NCBI GenBank assembly: GCA_027021195.1 | Contig: JALUUW010000003.1 | Location: 4,843-68,842, forward strand | Direction of reading: 5' to 3' | Length of the DNA stretch: 64,000 nt | DNA from: Candidatus Pacearchaeota archaeon | GTDB lineage: Archaea; Nanobdellota; Nanobdellia; Pacearchaeales; GW2011-AR1 | Shown: positions 28,055 to 37,841 of the stretch, one piece after another | Position numbering within the stretch: position 1 is the first letter of the stretch | How the letters are laid out: each line of letters opens with the position of its first letter | Notes under the pieces: model-generated | Database searches by the model: none | The model's input: the letters and a program-made list of their open reading frames with translations, nothing else | Told to the model about the DNA's origin: nothing | Translations under genes and position numbers: made by a program

Positions 28055-28996
28055 TCAGGCATTCTTTTTAAAATTATACAGTGGCTGCAGAACAAATTCC
28101 GGCTTTGCAAAAATTTCATCTCTGTTTTTATCATAAGTGTTGATTACTTTATACATTCCGATAAACCTTTCTCCTGAAAAAACACATATAATTCTTCCTT
28201 TTTCAATCTCTTCCCCTTCATCCATCAAATCTTTAGTAAAAATTGGCTTTCCTGTTAAAAGCCTTTTAATCTCTTTTTCTTTGACCCGCACAACTGGATA
28301 AACTTCAGACACTATTTCAGCAGGGACTATAATGTCTTTCAATGGCTTTTCACTGCCTTTCCTGTATTCTTCAACAGCTTTTTCAAAATCATACAAATTT
28401 ACAGATGGATACTTGCAATTCTTGTTTCTGTATTCTGAGAAAATTCCTGCCCTTATCCTCCTTAATTCAAGCATGTGTGCTCCTATTCCAAGCTCTTTCC
28501 CCAAATCATCAATCAATTTCCTTATGTAAGTTCCTCCCTCGCACTCAACATGAAACAAAATATCTTTTCCATCTTCGCTTTTTTCAAGCAGCTCAAATTT
28601 TTTTATCTCTCTTTCTCTGAATTGCCTTTTAACTCTTGATTTCACAGGAGGCATCTGCATAATCCTGCCAATGAATTTTTCCCTTATTGTCTCTTTAATT
28701 TTTTCCATAGGAGTATCCTCATGAATTCTCATTATCCCAACATACTCTTTATCCTCTCCCAAAAAAAATCCAGTCAGCTTGCATGCTCTGTTTAATGCAA
28801 TGGGCAAAACTCCTGTAACTTTTGGGTCAAGTGTTCCAAAATGGCTTGTTTTCCTGATTCCAAAATCCTTCAAGGCTTTCCTGACAAAATCAGAAATATT
28901 GAATGATGTAGGTCCTGAAGGCTTGTCAATGTTTATAATCCCGAATTCCAAAAGCTCTTGAATGCTTTTCTTCACTTTTAGTTTTTCAATATCCAT
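28055..28996 (-). CDS. cbf5: H/ACA RNP pseudouridine synthase Cbf5 (TruB family, C-terminal PUA)
   Basis: KPSGPTSF and HFGTLDPKVTGVLPIAL catalytic motifs. PUA-like C-terminus. Confidence 0.8.
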   Translation of the reverse strand: MDIEKLKVKKSIQELLEFGIINIDKPSGPTSFNISDFVRKALKDFGIRKTSHFGTLDPKVTGVLPIALNRACKLTGFFLGEDKEYVGIMRIHEDTPMEKIKETIREKFIGRIMQMPPVKSRVKRQFREREIKKFELLEKSEDGKDILFHVECEGGTYIRKLIDDLGKELGIGAHMLELRRIRAGIFSEYRNKNCKYPSVNLYDFEKAVEEYRKGSEKPLKDIIVPAEIVSEVYPVVRVKEKEIKRLLTGKPIFTKDLMDEGEEIEKGRIICVFSGERFIGMYKVINTYDKNRDEIFAKPEFVLQPLYNFKKNA

Positions 28997-29145
28997 AATA
29001 TCTCCTGTTAAATGCCTTTAAAAAGCATTAATTTACTACTGAAATATCTTTGCAACCTTTCTTTAAGAAATCTTCTGATTTTTATAATATTTCTGCAAGA
29101 GCCTGTTATGAAAATCTTTATAAAGTTTGTAATTCTTAATAAAAA

Positions 29146-29724
29146 ATGCTTGATAGGGATATTTCCCAAGGCCAAGGTGTTTTTGAGGTCAGAGGGGATT
29201 ACAGCATAAAATTCCCAATGGGGAAAGAGGAGAGGGAGATTATATCAGGAGATTATGCAGTATATTTCTATAATCAGATTTTAAATGCAGAAACTCCTTC
29301 TGAATGTTCTTTTTTTAGAATAGTGTTTGACGGGCTTAGATTTGAGGAACAACAAAGCCTGATACGCATTCATGAATGGTGTATGGGTGAAAAAGCAAAT
29401 CACTATATAGGGTATGGAAATGCTGCTCTTGATTTGTATGAAAGAATGGGAGTTGATGTAGGGAACTACATTGAGATAATAAAAAGGCTTGAGGATAAAA
29501 AATATGGTCATTGCAATGAGTGCGGATACCTGTTTGATGAAGAGTTTAAAAAAGAGAACAGGATAGGCTTTATTACGAAAAATCCGGGCAGAATATTTAA
29601 GCCATTTAACATATCTTCCAGCTATTGCGACGACTGCCTTGAAGAGGTTAGAGATAAAAATAAGAGGCTGAAGATAGCTGAAAGATTAAGCCATGATTTT
29701 AGGATTTTTACCACCCTTTTATGA
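29146..29724 (+). CDS. hypothetical protein with C-terminal Zn-ribbon cysteines
   Basis: ORF plus CNECG...CDDC. Confidence 0.3.
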   Translation: MLDRDISQGQGVFEVRGDYSIKFPMGKEEREIISGDYAVYFYNQILNAETPSECSFFRIVFDGLRFEEQQSLIRIHEWCMGEKANHYIGYGNAALDLYERMGVDVGNYIEIIKRLEDKKYGHCNECGYLFDEEFKKENRIGFITKNPGRIFKPFNISSSYCDDCLEEVRDKNKRLKIAERLSHDFRIFTTLL

Positions 29725-29745
29725 TTTCGGATTATAATTTAAGTT

Positions 29746-30390
29746 CTACTTCTTTAAGGCCTTTCTAAATTCATGCTTTGGCTTTTTTGCCTTCTCTTGA
29801 ACCTGATGTTTTGCTTTTTTATGAGCTTCTTTTTCAAGTTGCTTTCCTTCTTCAACAACTGAGGCCTTTTTTTCTTCCTCCTCTTTTTTTTCTTCTTTTG
29901 CCTCTTCCTTGATTCTTTTTTCTTCAGCCTCTTTTGCAGCTGCTTTTTTCTTTTCAGCAACTTCTGATGCAAGCTTCTCTCTTTTTTCTTCCCTTAATCT
30001 CTTAAACTTTAATTTTTCAGGAAGCTCAGCAAGCTCTGCAACAACTGTATCGCTTCCTGATTCTTTAACTGCTTTAACTCTTACTTTTACAGGAGGCTTT
30101 CTTATTCCTCTGCTCCAGACAAATTCATTCAGGTATTTGTCAATCTTGACTTTTCCCAAATCCCCGTCTCTTATTTTCATATGCCTTACTAAGAACTCTT
30201 TGATTGTTTTTACTGCTTTGTTTGCTTTTTTATATCTTGGAACAGCTTCAAGCTTTTTCCGAAGAGGAATAACATATTCTCTTTCAATGCCTTTTGGATT
30301 CTCTTTTTTTGATTTATTATCTCCAGAGGCTCCTTGCTTTTGAGGGCTTTCTTTTCCTTTGGTTTCTCTTGTTTCAGTTTTTTCTGTCAT
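29746..30390 (-). CDS. rpl31e: 50S ribosomal protein L31e with long N- and C-terminal charged extensions
   Basis: Core EYVIPLRK...RYKKANKAVKTIKEFLVRHMK...LNEFVWSRGIRKPP matches L31e. 214 aa against a usual ~90. Confidence 0.7.
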   Translation of the reverse strand: MTEKTETRETKGKESPQKQGASGDNKSKKENPKGIEREYVIPLRKKLEAVPRYKKANKAVKTIKEFLVRHMKIRDGDLGKVKIDKYLNEFVWSRGIRKPPVKVRVKAVKESGSDTVVAELAELPEKLKFKRLREEKREKLASEVAEKKKAAAKEAEEKRIKEEAKEEKKEEEEKKASVVEEGKQLEKEAHKKAKHQVQEKAKKPKHEFRKALKK

Positions 30391-30400
30391 ATTATGGAAT

Positions 30401-30604
30401 TTAGCCGAAATGAGATTTTCTCTGTTTTCTTGGCTTGATATGCAATTTAGTTCTTCTCCATGAGCGCCTGTGTTTTGTTATGGCTGAAGGATGAATTCTT
30501 TTTCCCATTCCAAACTTTTTCAGGACAACCCACACAGGAGCCCACTTAGTCTGCCTTCCTTTTTTTGCAAGCTGCGCTTTTTTTTGCGGATTTTTTATTG
30601 GCAT
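30401..30604 (-). CDS. rpl39e: 50S ribosomal protein L39e
   Basis: 67 aa. KKAQLAKKGRQTKWAPVWVV...HP..RRSWRRTKL. Confidence 0.8.
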   Translation of the reverse strand: MPIKNPQKKAQLAKKGRQTKWAPVWVVLKKFGMGKRIHPSAITKHRRSWRRTKLHIKPRKQRKSHFG

Positions 30605-30609
30605 TTTCC

Positions 30610-30861
30610 TTATCTACTCTCCTTTGCTTTAAATTTTCTCAGAATATTGTTCTTTTTTCCACACAAGATTTCTGCAGGGACAAATTCTTTTCCAGATTTT
30701 AGCAAAGCGTATACTCTTGTTTCTCCACCCCTTTGAGATATTAAAAAATCTCTCCTGTCTTCTTTGCAAGTGAATTTTTCTAACTTTCCTTCTTTAATCT
30801 CCCAAGGATAAGCTATTCGGTAAATTGTTCCTGAATACTTTCTTCCTGAATAATCCATCAT
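30610..30861 (-). CDS. hypothetical small protein within the ribosomal gene cluster
   Basis: ORF only. Position between rpl39e and rps19e. Confidence 0.3.
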   Translation of the reverse strand: MMDYSGRKYSGTIYRIAYPWEIKEGKLEKFTCKEDRRDFLISQRGGETRVYALLKSGKEFVPAEILCGKKNNILRKFKAKESR

Positions 30862-31280
30862 TTTATTCCCTCCAAAAACTCTTTTCCTTTTTGAGTAAGC
30901 TTCCTTCCGGGCTTTCTTCCCTTTACTCCTTTGACAGCCTTTACAATCTCTGTAAAACCTGCCTTGTCTGATTGCTGAAGAATCGTCCTGATTATCTTTC
31001 CTCCGGCCTTTCTGAATTCTTCTGGCTTAAACCCTCTGTTTTTTTTGCTTCCATACTTTGTCCTGAGTCTGTTGACTCCTACACTGTTTTTTTTGTAAAT
31101 CTGCCTTAAAATGCTTGCAGCCCTCTTGTACCAAAAGTCAGGGTCATCTATTGGTCTTTCCTTTGCTGGCCCTGACTTGACAAATTCAGCCCACTCCGGC
31201 TGCTTAAATTCATCAACTTTCTTCAGCGCTTCAGCTAATTTTTTGTTGTATTCACTGGCATCAATGTCATAAACTCCCAT
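30858..31280 (-). CDS. rps19e: 30S ribosomal protein S19e
   Basis: PEWAEFVKSGPAKERP..DPDFWYKRAASILRQIY matches S19e. Confidence 0.8.
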   Translation of the reverse strand: MGVYDIDASEYNKKLAEALKKVDEFKQPEWAEFVKSGPAKERPIDDPDFWYKRAASILRQIYKKNSVGVNRLRTKYGSKKNRGFKPEEFRKAGGKIIRTILQQSDKAGFTEIVKAVKGVKGRKPGRKLTQKGKEFLEGIK

Positions 31281-31478
31281 TTTATGTTTTCTTTGTCTGA
31301 AATTTAGCCACGCTTTGCAGCGTTAGATAAGTCTCCTTTTTTGGAGACCACTCAGCTAAAAATTATCAACAAAGTTAGTTTATAAATCTATCTGAAACAC
31401 CTGATTGGATGATGAAGTTTTTAAAAAGCCAACTCCTTAATTAATATCATGACTGGATAAAAAAAGACCATATAAAAA

Positions 31479-32957
31479 ATGCCACAAAATAAAACCAGAA
31501 GCTTCAAAACAAAAACAAAGAATTTTCAAATAAGCACTGCTATAGACTATCCTTCTGGAAAGTTTCATCTTGGCCACGCCTATGAAAAAATATGCACTGA
31601 CACTTTTGCAAGATGGAAGAGGCTAAAGGGGTATAATGTGCATTTTAGCACCGGAACTGATTGTCATGGATTAAAGATAGAGAGGATAGCAAAAAAACAT
31701 GGCAAAACACCTCTTGAATTTGTTAATGAAATATCAGGGGGATTTAAGGATCTGTCAAAATCACTCAATGTCTCTTATGATGATTTTATTATGACGACTG
31801 AAGAAAGGCACAAGAAGGTTGTAGCAAAGATACTAAATGGCCTGAAAAATAAAGGAGAAATTTACAAAGGGTATTACGAAGGGCTTTATTGTGTTGAATG
31901 TGAAACATATTATACTGAAAAAGATGCAGAAAATATGTGCTGCCCAATACATAAAAATGCTCTGGAAAAGATAAAAGAAGAAAGTTATTTCTTTAAATTA
32001 AGCAAATATCAGAACAGGCTCATTAAGGCAATTAAAGACAGAAATCTGGTTTGGCCTGAAAAGAAGAAAAAAGAGATTTTGAACAGGCTAAAAGAGCCTC
32101 TAAAAGATTTGAGCATTAGCAGAGAAAATGTATCCTGGGGAATTCCCCTCCCTTTTGATAAAAATAAAACCGCTTTTGTCTGGGTTGAAGCTCTGATGAA
32201 TTATCTGACAACTGTTGATTATCCTAATAAGATGTTCAGGGATTTTTGGCCGGCAACCCATTTTATCGGCCCTGACATTGTGTGGCATCATACAGTAATA
32301 TGGTATTCGCTGCTAATGGCTTTAGAGTTAGAGCTGCCAAGAGTGGTTGTTCACGGATTTATAAATCTTAAAGGAGAAAAACTAAGCAAGGCAAGAGGCA
32401 TTACAATTGACCCTCTGGAACTATCAGAAAAGTTTTCTTCAGACAGCCTAAGGTATTTTTTAATGAGAAATATCCCCTTTGGCCAGGATGGAGATTTTTC
32501 AGAAAAAGCATTAATTGACAGGCATAACAACGAGCTGGCAGACAAGCTTGGCAACCTTGTTTCAAGAGTTTCAGGCTTAATTGAGAAAACAGGAATTGAG
32601 AAGACTCAAAACACTATTGCAGGAAAATTAAACATTGAAAAAATTGAAAAGCTGTTTGAGAGTTATGAGTTTGACAAGGTGCTGAATGAAATTTTTGCCT
32701 TTATTGACATATGCAACGAGTATATTCAGGAAAAAAAGCCGTGGGAGACAAAAGATGTTAAAGTTTTATATGAGGTTGCTGACAGCATTAAAGCAGTAGC
32801 AATTCTTCTTTGGCCTTTTATTCCTTCATCATGCGAGAGAATTGCAGAGCAGTTCGGGTTTGAAGTGGGAGAAAGGACTTTTGATAAAATTAAAGAGCCT
32901 TTAAAAATAAGCAAGATTAAAAAAAGAGAGATACTTTTTAAGAAAAGTAGCATTTAG
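31479..32957 (+). CDS. metG: methionyl-tRNA synthetase (catalytic core without a C-terminal tRNA-binding domain)
   Basis: HLGHAY (HIGH-like). Zn knuckle CVECETYYTEKDAENMCCPIH. KLSKARG (KMSKS-like). Confidence 0.9.
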   Translation: MPQNKTRSFKTKTKNFQISTAIDYPSGKFHLGHAYEKICTDTFARWKRLKGYNVHFSTGTDCHGLKIERIAKKHGKTPLEFVNEISGGFKDLSKSLNVSYDDFIMTTEERHKKVVAKILNGLKNKGEIYKGYYEGLYCVECETYYTEKDAENMCCPIHKNALEKIKEESYFFKLSKYQNRLIKAIKDRNLVWPEKKKKEILNRLKEPLKDLSISRENVSWGIPLPFDKNKTAFVWVEALMNYLTTVDYPNKMFRDFWPATHFIGPDIVWHHTVIWYSLLMALELELPRVVVHGFINLKGEKLSKARGITIDPLELSEKFSSDSLRYFLMRNIPFGQDGDFSEKALIDRHNNELADKLGNLVSRVSGLIEKTGIEKTQNTIAGKLNIEKIEKLFESYEFDKVLNEIFAFIDICNEYIQEKKPWETKDVKVLYEVADSIKAVAILLWPFIPSSCERIAEQFGFEVGERTFDKIKEPLKISKIKKREILFKKSSI

Positions 32958-32960
32958 AAA

Positions 32961-33308
32961 ATGGAGGGAATATTAAGCTTCAGCGACTGGCAAAAGCTTG
33001 ACTTAAGAGTAGGGCAGATTGTTGAAGTTGAAGATATCCAAGGGGCTGACAGGCTTTACAAGCTTACAATTGATTTGGGAGAGGAATTGGGAAAAAGAAT
33101 TGTCTGCGCAGGATTAAAAGAGCATTATTCTAAAGAAGAGCTAAAAGATAAAAAAGTAATTCTCTTTGTCAACCTGGCTCCAAGAAAACTAAAAGGAATT
33201 GAAAGCAGAGGGATGATTCTTGCTGCTGTTTCTGAATCAGGAGGCAGAAAAAAAGTATGTTTGCTTCAGCCAGACAAAGACATTGAAGCTGGGAGCAAAG
33301 TAAGTTAA
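32961..33308 (+). CDS. standalone tRNA-binding domain protein (Trbp111/EMAP-II-like, MetRS C-terminal domain homolog)
   Basis: LDLRVGQIVEVEDIQGADRLYKLTIDLGEE..RIVCAGL...LKGIESRGMILAA matches the OB-fold tRNA-binding domain. Lies 4 nt after the metG stop. Confidence 0.75.
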   Translation: MEGILSFSDWQKLDLRVGQIVEVEDIQGADRLYKLTIDLGEELGKRIVCAGLKEHYSKEELKDKKVILFVNLAPRKLKGIESRGMILAAVSESGGRKKVCLLQPDKDIEAGSKVS

Positions 33309-33358
33309 ACATATATTTCGTAATCTATATATTGAAAAGTATATATTATTGTTTCTAT

Positions 33359-34135
33359 TTAAGCCTTTAAGCCTAATTTTTTAAGAACTCTTTCAATCAT
33401 CCTCTCTCTGTCTTTGTTTGAATCATATTCCACTTCAAGAATTCTTGCAGCAATTTCTTTATATGCGCGGGAAGGCTTGCTCTTTGGATGAGTATGAACA
33501 ATTGCATCTTTCATGTTCAAAGATTCCTGCACAGTTATGTCCTCTGGAATCATTCCAAGGATTGGGGCCTCAAGCATCTCCTTAACAACTTCAGGATGCA
33601 TTTCTGTATGGTTTTTCCTTACTCTCGTGACAATAACCCCAAGGACAGGTTTTTTCATTTGTTCTGCAAGTTTTATTGTCTTTAGAGCGTCAGTTATTGC
33701 AGGCATCTCCGGGTTTGTTACAACTATCAGCTCATCTGCAATCTCTATTGAAGGCAGAACTTCGCTTCCAAGGCCTGCAGCGCTGTCAACAATTATGTAT
33801 TCAGAAATTTTCAGGAAGTCTTTTCTGAATCCCTTTATTTTCTCTGGCTTTGTCCTTCTTAATTCTTTTATTGACAGGGAGGAAGGAAGCACTTTCATCC
33901 CTGACTCATGCTCGTAAATTGCTTCAAATACGTCTGCTTTTCCAGAGAGAACCTGGTTTAAAGTTATAGGGACTTCAGGAGACCCAAGATGAATTCCTAC
34001 ATTCGGAGTTGTAAGATTTCCGTCAATTATAAGAACATCCTTTCCAAAATGATTCATTGCTGCCCCAAGATTTATTGCAGTAGTTGTCTTTCCAACCCCT
34101 CCTTTTCCAGATGTAATAACAATTATCTTTCTCAT
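33359..34135 (-). CDS. minD: MinD/ParA-family P-loop ATPase
   Basis: IVITSGKGGVGKTTTAINLGAA deviant Walker A. Confidence 0.8.
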   Translation of the reverse strand: MRKIIVITSGKGGVGKTTTAINLGAAMNHFGKDVLIIDGNLTTPNVGIHLGSPEVPITLNQVLSGKADVFEAIYEHESGMKVLPSSLSIKELRRTKPEKIKGFRKDFLKISEYIIVDSAAGLGSEVLPSIEIADELIVVTNPEMPAITDALKTIKLAEQMKKPVLGVIVTRVRKNHTEMHPEVVKEMLEAPILGMIPEDITVQESLNMKDAIVHTHPKSKPSRAYKEIAARILEVEYDSNKDRERMIERVLKKLGLKA

Positions 34136-34189
34136 TTTTAATTATCTCTGAAATATCTGTTTGAATCGCAGATAAAGAAGCTTAACTTC

Positions 34190-34630
34190 TTATCGTAAAA
34201 GAAATTGTTTTGTAGTGCTTATAAACTTTTCCAACATGTCGGCATATTCCTTTAAACGCTCAAGATTGATATTAATCTCCTTCCCCCTGTAAAAAACCTT
34301 TAGTGTGACATTTTTTCTGAATTCACCGATTCTTTCCTTCCTTAAGTCCTCAACTTTTCTGAACATCTCATAAGCATCCATTACTGCCAGGAAGTTCTTG
34401 TCATTTCTAAACAGTTTTCTGACCTCTTCTATTTTTTTTAAAGGATTTGACGGCACTGAAGATATCTTTTTCTTTTTTTTGGCATGCTTTAGTATTTCAT
34501 CTATGCTTCTCTCAATCATTCTCCTCCATCTCAGGAGAAGATTCATTATCACATCGCAGGTTTTTGTATATTTCAGGCTTACATACAATAGATGGTCTGC
34601 GCTTATTTTTTCCTGAATAATCTCTTCCAT
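34190..34630 (-). CDS. hypothetical protein
   Basis: ORF only. Confidence 0.3.
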   Translation of the reverse strand: MEEIIQEKISADHLLYVSLKYTKTCDVIMNLLLRWRRMIERSIDEILKHAKKKKKISSVPSNPLKKIEEVRKLFRNDKNFLAVMDAYEMFRKVEDLRKERIGEFRKNVTLKVFYRGKEININLERLKEYADMLEKFISTTKQFLLR

Positions 34631-34735
34631 TATCGAACTCCTATAAAATCACCAATTAGAAGTATCTTTTACATATACACAAGGCTTTTTATATTTTTCT
34701 CAAAAATGAAATTTTCTTAATCTTGCCCTTAAATG

Positions 34736-35074
34736 CTATTTGCTTAGGTTCAAGATAGCTTCAGCGAGGTCATTTGTCTTTTCAAGAGCCTCTCTCGCTT
34801 CTTCATCAGTGCATCCTGTTTTTTCCATTACTGTTTTCACGTCTTCTTCTGAAATTCCTGGTTCAGCAGTTTCTTCTCTAACCTCTCCTGCAATTTGGAA
34901 TGTCTCCTGTCCCTGTATCTCTATTTTTGTCACAGAAGGATTTTCAATTATTATCTTTCCACTGCCTGAAGAATCAGCTTTTTCAATTACAACTCTTGAA
35001 GCCGGAATCTCCTCCTGAGACATTCCCATTTGCTTCATCAATGCCTGCATCTTTTTAGGGTTTAGGTTGAACAT
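34736..35074 (-). CDS. nac: nascent polypeptide-associated complex protein (NAC alpha, with UBA domain)
   Basis: MMKQMGM, VVIEK, VTKIEIQGQETFQIAGE and a C-terminal UBA-like ISEEDVKTVMEKTGCTDEEAREALEKTNDLAEAI. Confidence 0.8.
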   Translation of the reverse strand: MFNLNPKKMQALMKQMGMSQEEIPASRVVIEKADSSGSGKIIIENPSVTKIEIQGQETFQIAGEVREETAEPGISEEDVKTVMEKTGCTDEEAREALEKTNDLAEAILNLSK

Positions 35075-35178
35075 TTTATGTATCCTCTAAAATGTATCAT
35101 GTTGTTATTATTTATACTTTTCTATATCTAATATTAAGAATATAAAAGGATGGAAGAGTTATTTGCTCAGGAATTATT

Positions 35179-35340
35179 TCAGTAAATCAATCCTAAAAAA
35201 ATTCTGAAAGCAACAATAAGTCCTATGAATACAATTACATGAATTGGCTTTAAATTGAATCTGCTTGCATACTCCTCATTGAATCTCATCAATCCCCCAA
35301 ATCCTCCTGGAAGATTTACTGAGTTTCCTGCTTGTGCCAT
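35179..35340 (-). CDS. preprotein translocase subunit Sec61-beta (SecG-like), 53 aa
   Basis: Hand-translated: MAQAGNSVNLPGGFGGLMRFNEEYASRFNLKPIHVIVFIGLIVAFRIFLGLIY. The GL.R...E pattern and C-terminal TM are typical of archaeal Sec61-beta. Not in the ORF track. Confidence 0.5.
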   Translation of the reverse strand: MAQAGNSVNLPGGFGGLMRFNEEYASRFNLKPIHVIVFIGLIVAFRIFLGLIY

Positions 35341-35391
35341 GCTTTTCTGAATAAGGGATACTTTTTAAAAGTTTCCTGACTGCCCTTACCT

Positions 35392-37776
35392 ATGCCAAAA
35401 AACAAAATTGACATTAAGAAAACAGAAGATAAATGGAAGTCTTTTTGGGAGAAAGAAGGAATTTATAAGTTTGAAGGAAAGAAAAGAAAAAAAATCTACA
35501 GCATAGACACTCCTCCGCCTTATGTTTCAGGGGACATGCACATCGGCCATGCTTTCTCATATTCCCAGCAGGATTTTATTGCAAGATTCAGAAGAATGCT
35601 TCACATGAAGGATGGAGAGGTTTTTTACCCTTTTGGAACAGACGACAATGGATTGCCTACTGAAAGGTTTGTAGAAAAAAAGAATAGAATAAAAAGCAAA
35701 AGCATTTCAAGGGCCGAATTTATTGAGTTGTGCTTAAAAACACTGAAAGAGATAACTCCTGATTTTATTCAAGACTGGAAAGACCTGGGAATATCATGCG
35801 ATTACAGTCTTTACTACTCAACTATTGACAAACACTCGCAGAAAATATCGCAGAAGTCATTTATTGAGCTGTTTAAGCAGGGAGATATATACAGAAAGGA
35901 GTTTCCGACTTTATGGTGTACTGAATGCCAGACTACAATTGCTCAGGCAGAGCTTGAAGACATGGAAAAAGACAGCCTGTTTTCAACACTCAAATTTAAA
36001 GCAGATGGAAAAGACCTGCTGATTGCAACAACAAGGCCTGAGATGCTGAGAGCGTGTGTTGCTGTTTTTGTGAACCCAAAAGATACGAGATACAAAAGCC
36101 TTATAGGAAAAAAGGCAAAAGTTCCTTTATTTAATCATGAAGTTCCTATAATTGAGGATGAGTCAGCAGACATTGAAAAAGGGACAGGAGTCTTAATGAT
36201 TTGCTCCTACGGAGACAAGTTTGATGTTGAGGCAATTAACAGGCATGGCCTTAATCCAAAGATAATTCTGGGTAAAAACGGAACCATGAGCATTGAAGGT
36301 CATGAAAAGTATAATAGCTTAAGAGTAAAAGAGGCAAGAAAAAAAATTCTTGAAGATTTAAGAGAAAATGGCCTGATTGAAGAGCAGAAGCAAATCTCGC
36401 ATGTCGTGAATGTTCATGACAAGTGCGGAACTGAGATAGAGTTTGTTCCGACAGAGCAGTGGTTTATTAAAATTCTGGACAAAAAGAAAGAGCTTGTAAA
36501 GCAGGGAAAAAAGATTAACTGGCATCCTGAATTTATGTTTAAGAGGTATGAAAACTGGGTTAATGGCCTGGAGTGGGACTGGAGCATTTCAAGAGAGAGG
36601 CATTTCGGAGTTCCTATTCCTGTCTGGATTTGCAGGAAATGCAATGAAATTATTCTTCCTGAAGAAAAAGAGCTTCCAGTTGACCCTCTGCAAGAAAGAA
36701 AAAAATGCTCAAAATGCAATGAGCTTGCAGAAGGGGAAGAAAGGGTTTTAGACACCTGGGCAACCTCGTCATTAACTCCGCAGATTGCTTCCTCTCTGCC
36801 GGCTGTTAAAAAAACTGCAGAAGTAAAAATGCCTTTTTCATTAAGGCCCCAGGCTCATGACATAATAAGGACATGGGCATTTTATACTATTGTTAAATCA
36901 TATTTGCATGAAAAAGAGATTCCGTGGAAGGACATTATAATTTCAGGGTTTGTGACACACAAAGGAGAAAAAATGTCAAAAAGCAAAGGAACAGGAATCA
37001 GGCCAAGGCAACTCATGGAAACATACGGGACAGATGCATTAAGGTTCTGGGCTGCTGGCTCAAAACTCGGAGAGGACATGGACTATCATGAAAAGGATTT
37101 AATAACAGGAAAAAAATTCATAACAAAACTGGTTAATGCATCAAGGTTTGTTTTTATGAATCTTGAAGACTATTCCTCTGGAAAGAGGAAGCCGAAAAAA
37201 CTTGAAAAGCTTGATGAGTTATTCCTGAATAGGCTGAACGCTCTTATAAAGAGCTCTACAGAAAATTTTAAGAGATATGAATATTCAAAAGCAAAATCAG
37301 AAACAGAGCAGTTTTTCTGGCATGTTTTTTGCGATAATTATCTGGAGATAGTTAAAAAAAGAATCTACAATGAGAAAGGAGACAAAAAAATCTCAGCGCA
37401 ATACACTCTTTACACTTCCCTTCTTACAATCCTGAAGCTAATTGCACCTATAATGCCGTTTATCACAGAGGAAATTTACCAGACTTACTTTAAAAAATCA
37501 GAAAAAGAAAAAAGCATTCATATTTCTAAGTGGCCTGAGGAGATTAAAATACCAAAGCTAAGCAAGAAAGAAGAGGGAATTTTTGATATAATGATTGAAA
37601 TCATTGCCAAAGTAAGGCATGAAAAATCCATTGCAAAAAAATCCATGAACTCTGAGATAGTTTTAACCTTAGAGAGAGATTTTTTAGAGAAGTTAGAAGA
37701 AGTCATTGATGACTTAAAGGCTGTTGCAAACGCGAAAGAAATCAGGGAAGGAAAATTCAGTGTTGAGTTTGTTTAA
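35392..37776 (+). CDS. valS: valyl-tRNA synthetase (compact class I LeuRS/ValRS/IleRS-type enzyme)
   Basis: YSIDTPPPYVSGDMHIGHAFSY, FGTDDNGLPTE, the ATTRPEM editing-domain motif, W.ISRERHFGVPIP and KMSKSKGT. Confidence 0.7.
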   Translation: MPKNKIDIKKTEDKWKSFWEKEGIYKFEGKKRKKIYSIDTPPPYVSGDMHIGHAFSYSQQDFIARFRRMLHMKDGEVFYPFGTDDNGLPTERFVEKKNRIKSKSISRAEFIELCLKTLKEITPDFIQDWKDLGISCDYSLYYSTIDKHSQKISQKSFIELFKQGDIYRKEFPTLWCTECQTTIAQAELEDMEKDSLFSTLKFKADGKDLLIATTRPEMLRACVAVFVNPKDTRYKSLIGKKAKVPLFNHEVPIIEDESADIEKGTGVLMICSYGDKFDVEAINRHGLNPKIILGKNGTMSIEGHEKYNSLRVKEARKKILEDLRENGLIEEQKQISHVVNVHDKCGTEIEFVPTEQWFIKILDKKKELVKQGKKINWHPEFMFKRYENWVNGLEWDWSISRERHFGVPIPVWICRKCNEIILPEEKELPVDPLQERKKCSKCNELAEGEERVLDTWATSSLTPQIASSLPAVKKTAEVKMPFSLRPQAHDIIRTWAFYTIVKSYLHEKEIPWKDIIISGFVTHKGEKMSKSKGTGIRPRQLMETYGTDALRFWAAGSKLGEDMDYHEKDLITGKKFITKLVNASRFVFMNLEDYSSGKRKPKKLEKLDELFLNRLNALIKSSTENFKRYEYSKAKSETEQFFWHVFCDNYLEIVKKRIYNEKGDKKISAQYTLYTSLLTILKLIAPIMPFITEEIYQTYFKKSEKEKSIHISKWPEEIKIPKLSKKEEGIFDIMIEIIAKVRHEKSIAKKSMNSEIVLTLERDFLEKLEEVIDDLKAVANAKEIREGKFSVEFV

Positions 37777-37841
37777 TCAATCCAATACGGCTTTGAACCT
37801 GTCATACTCAGTTTTATAAACATCTTTTTTCTTTTTAAAAT

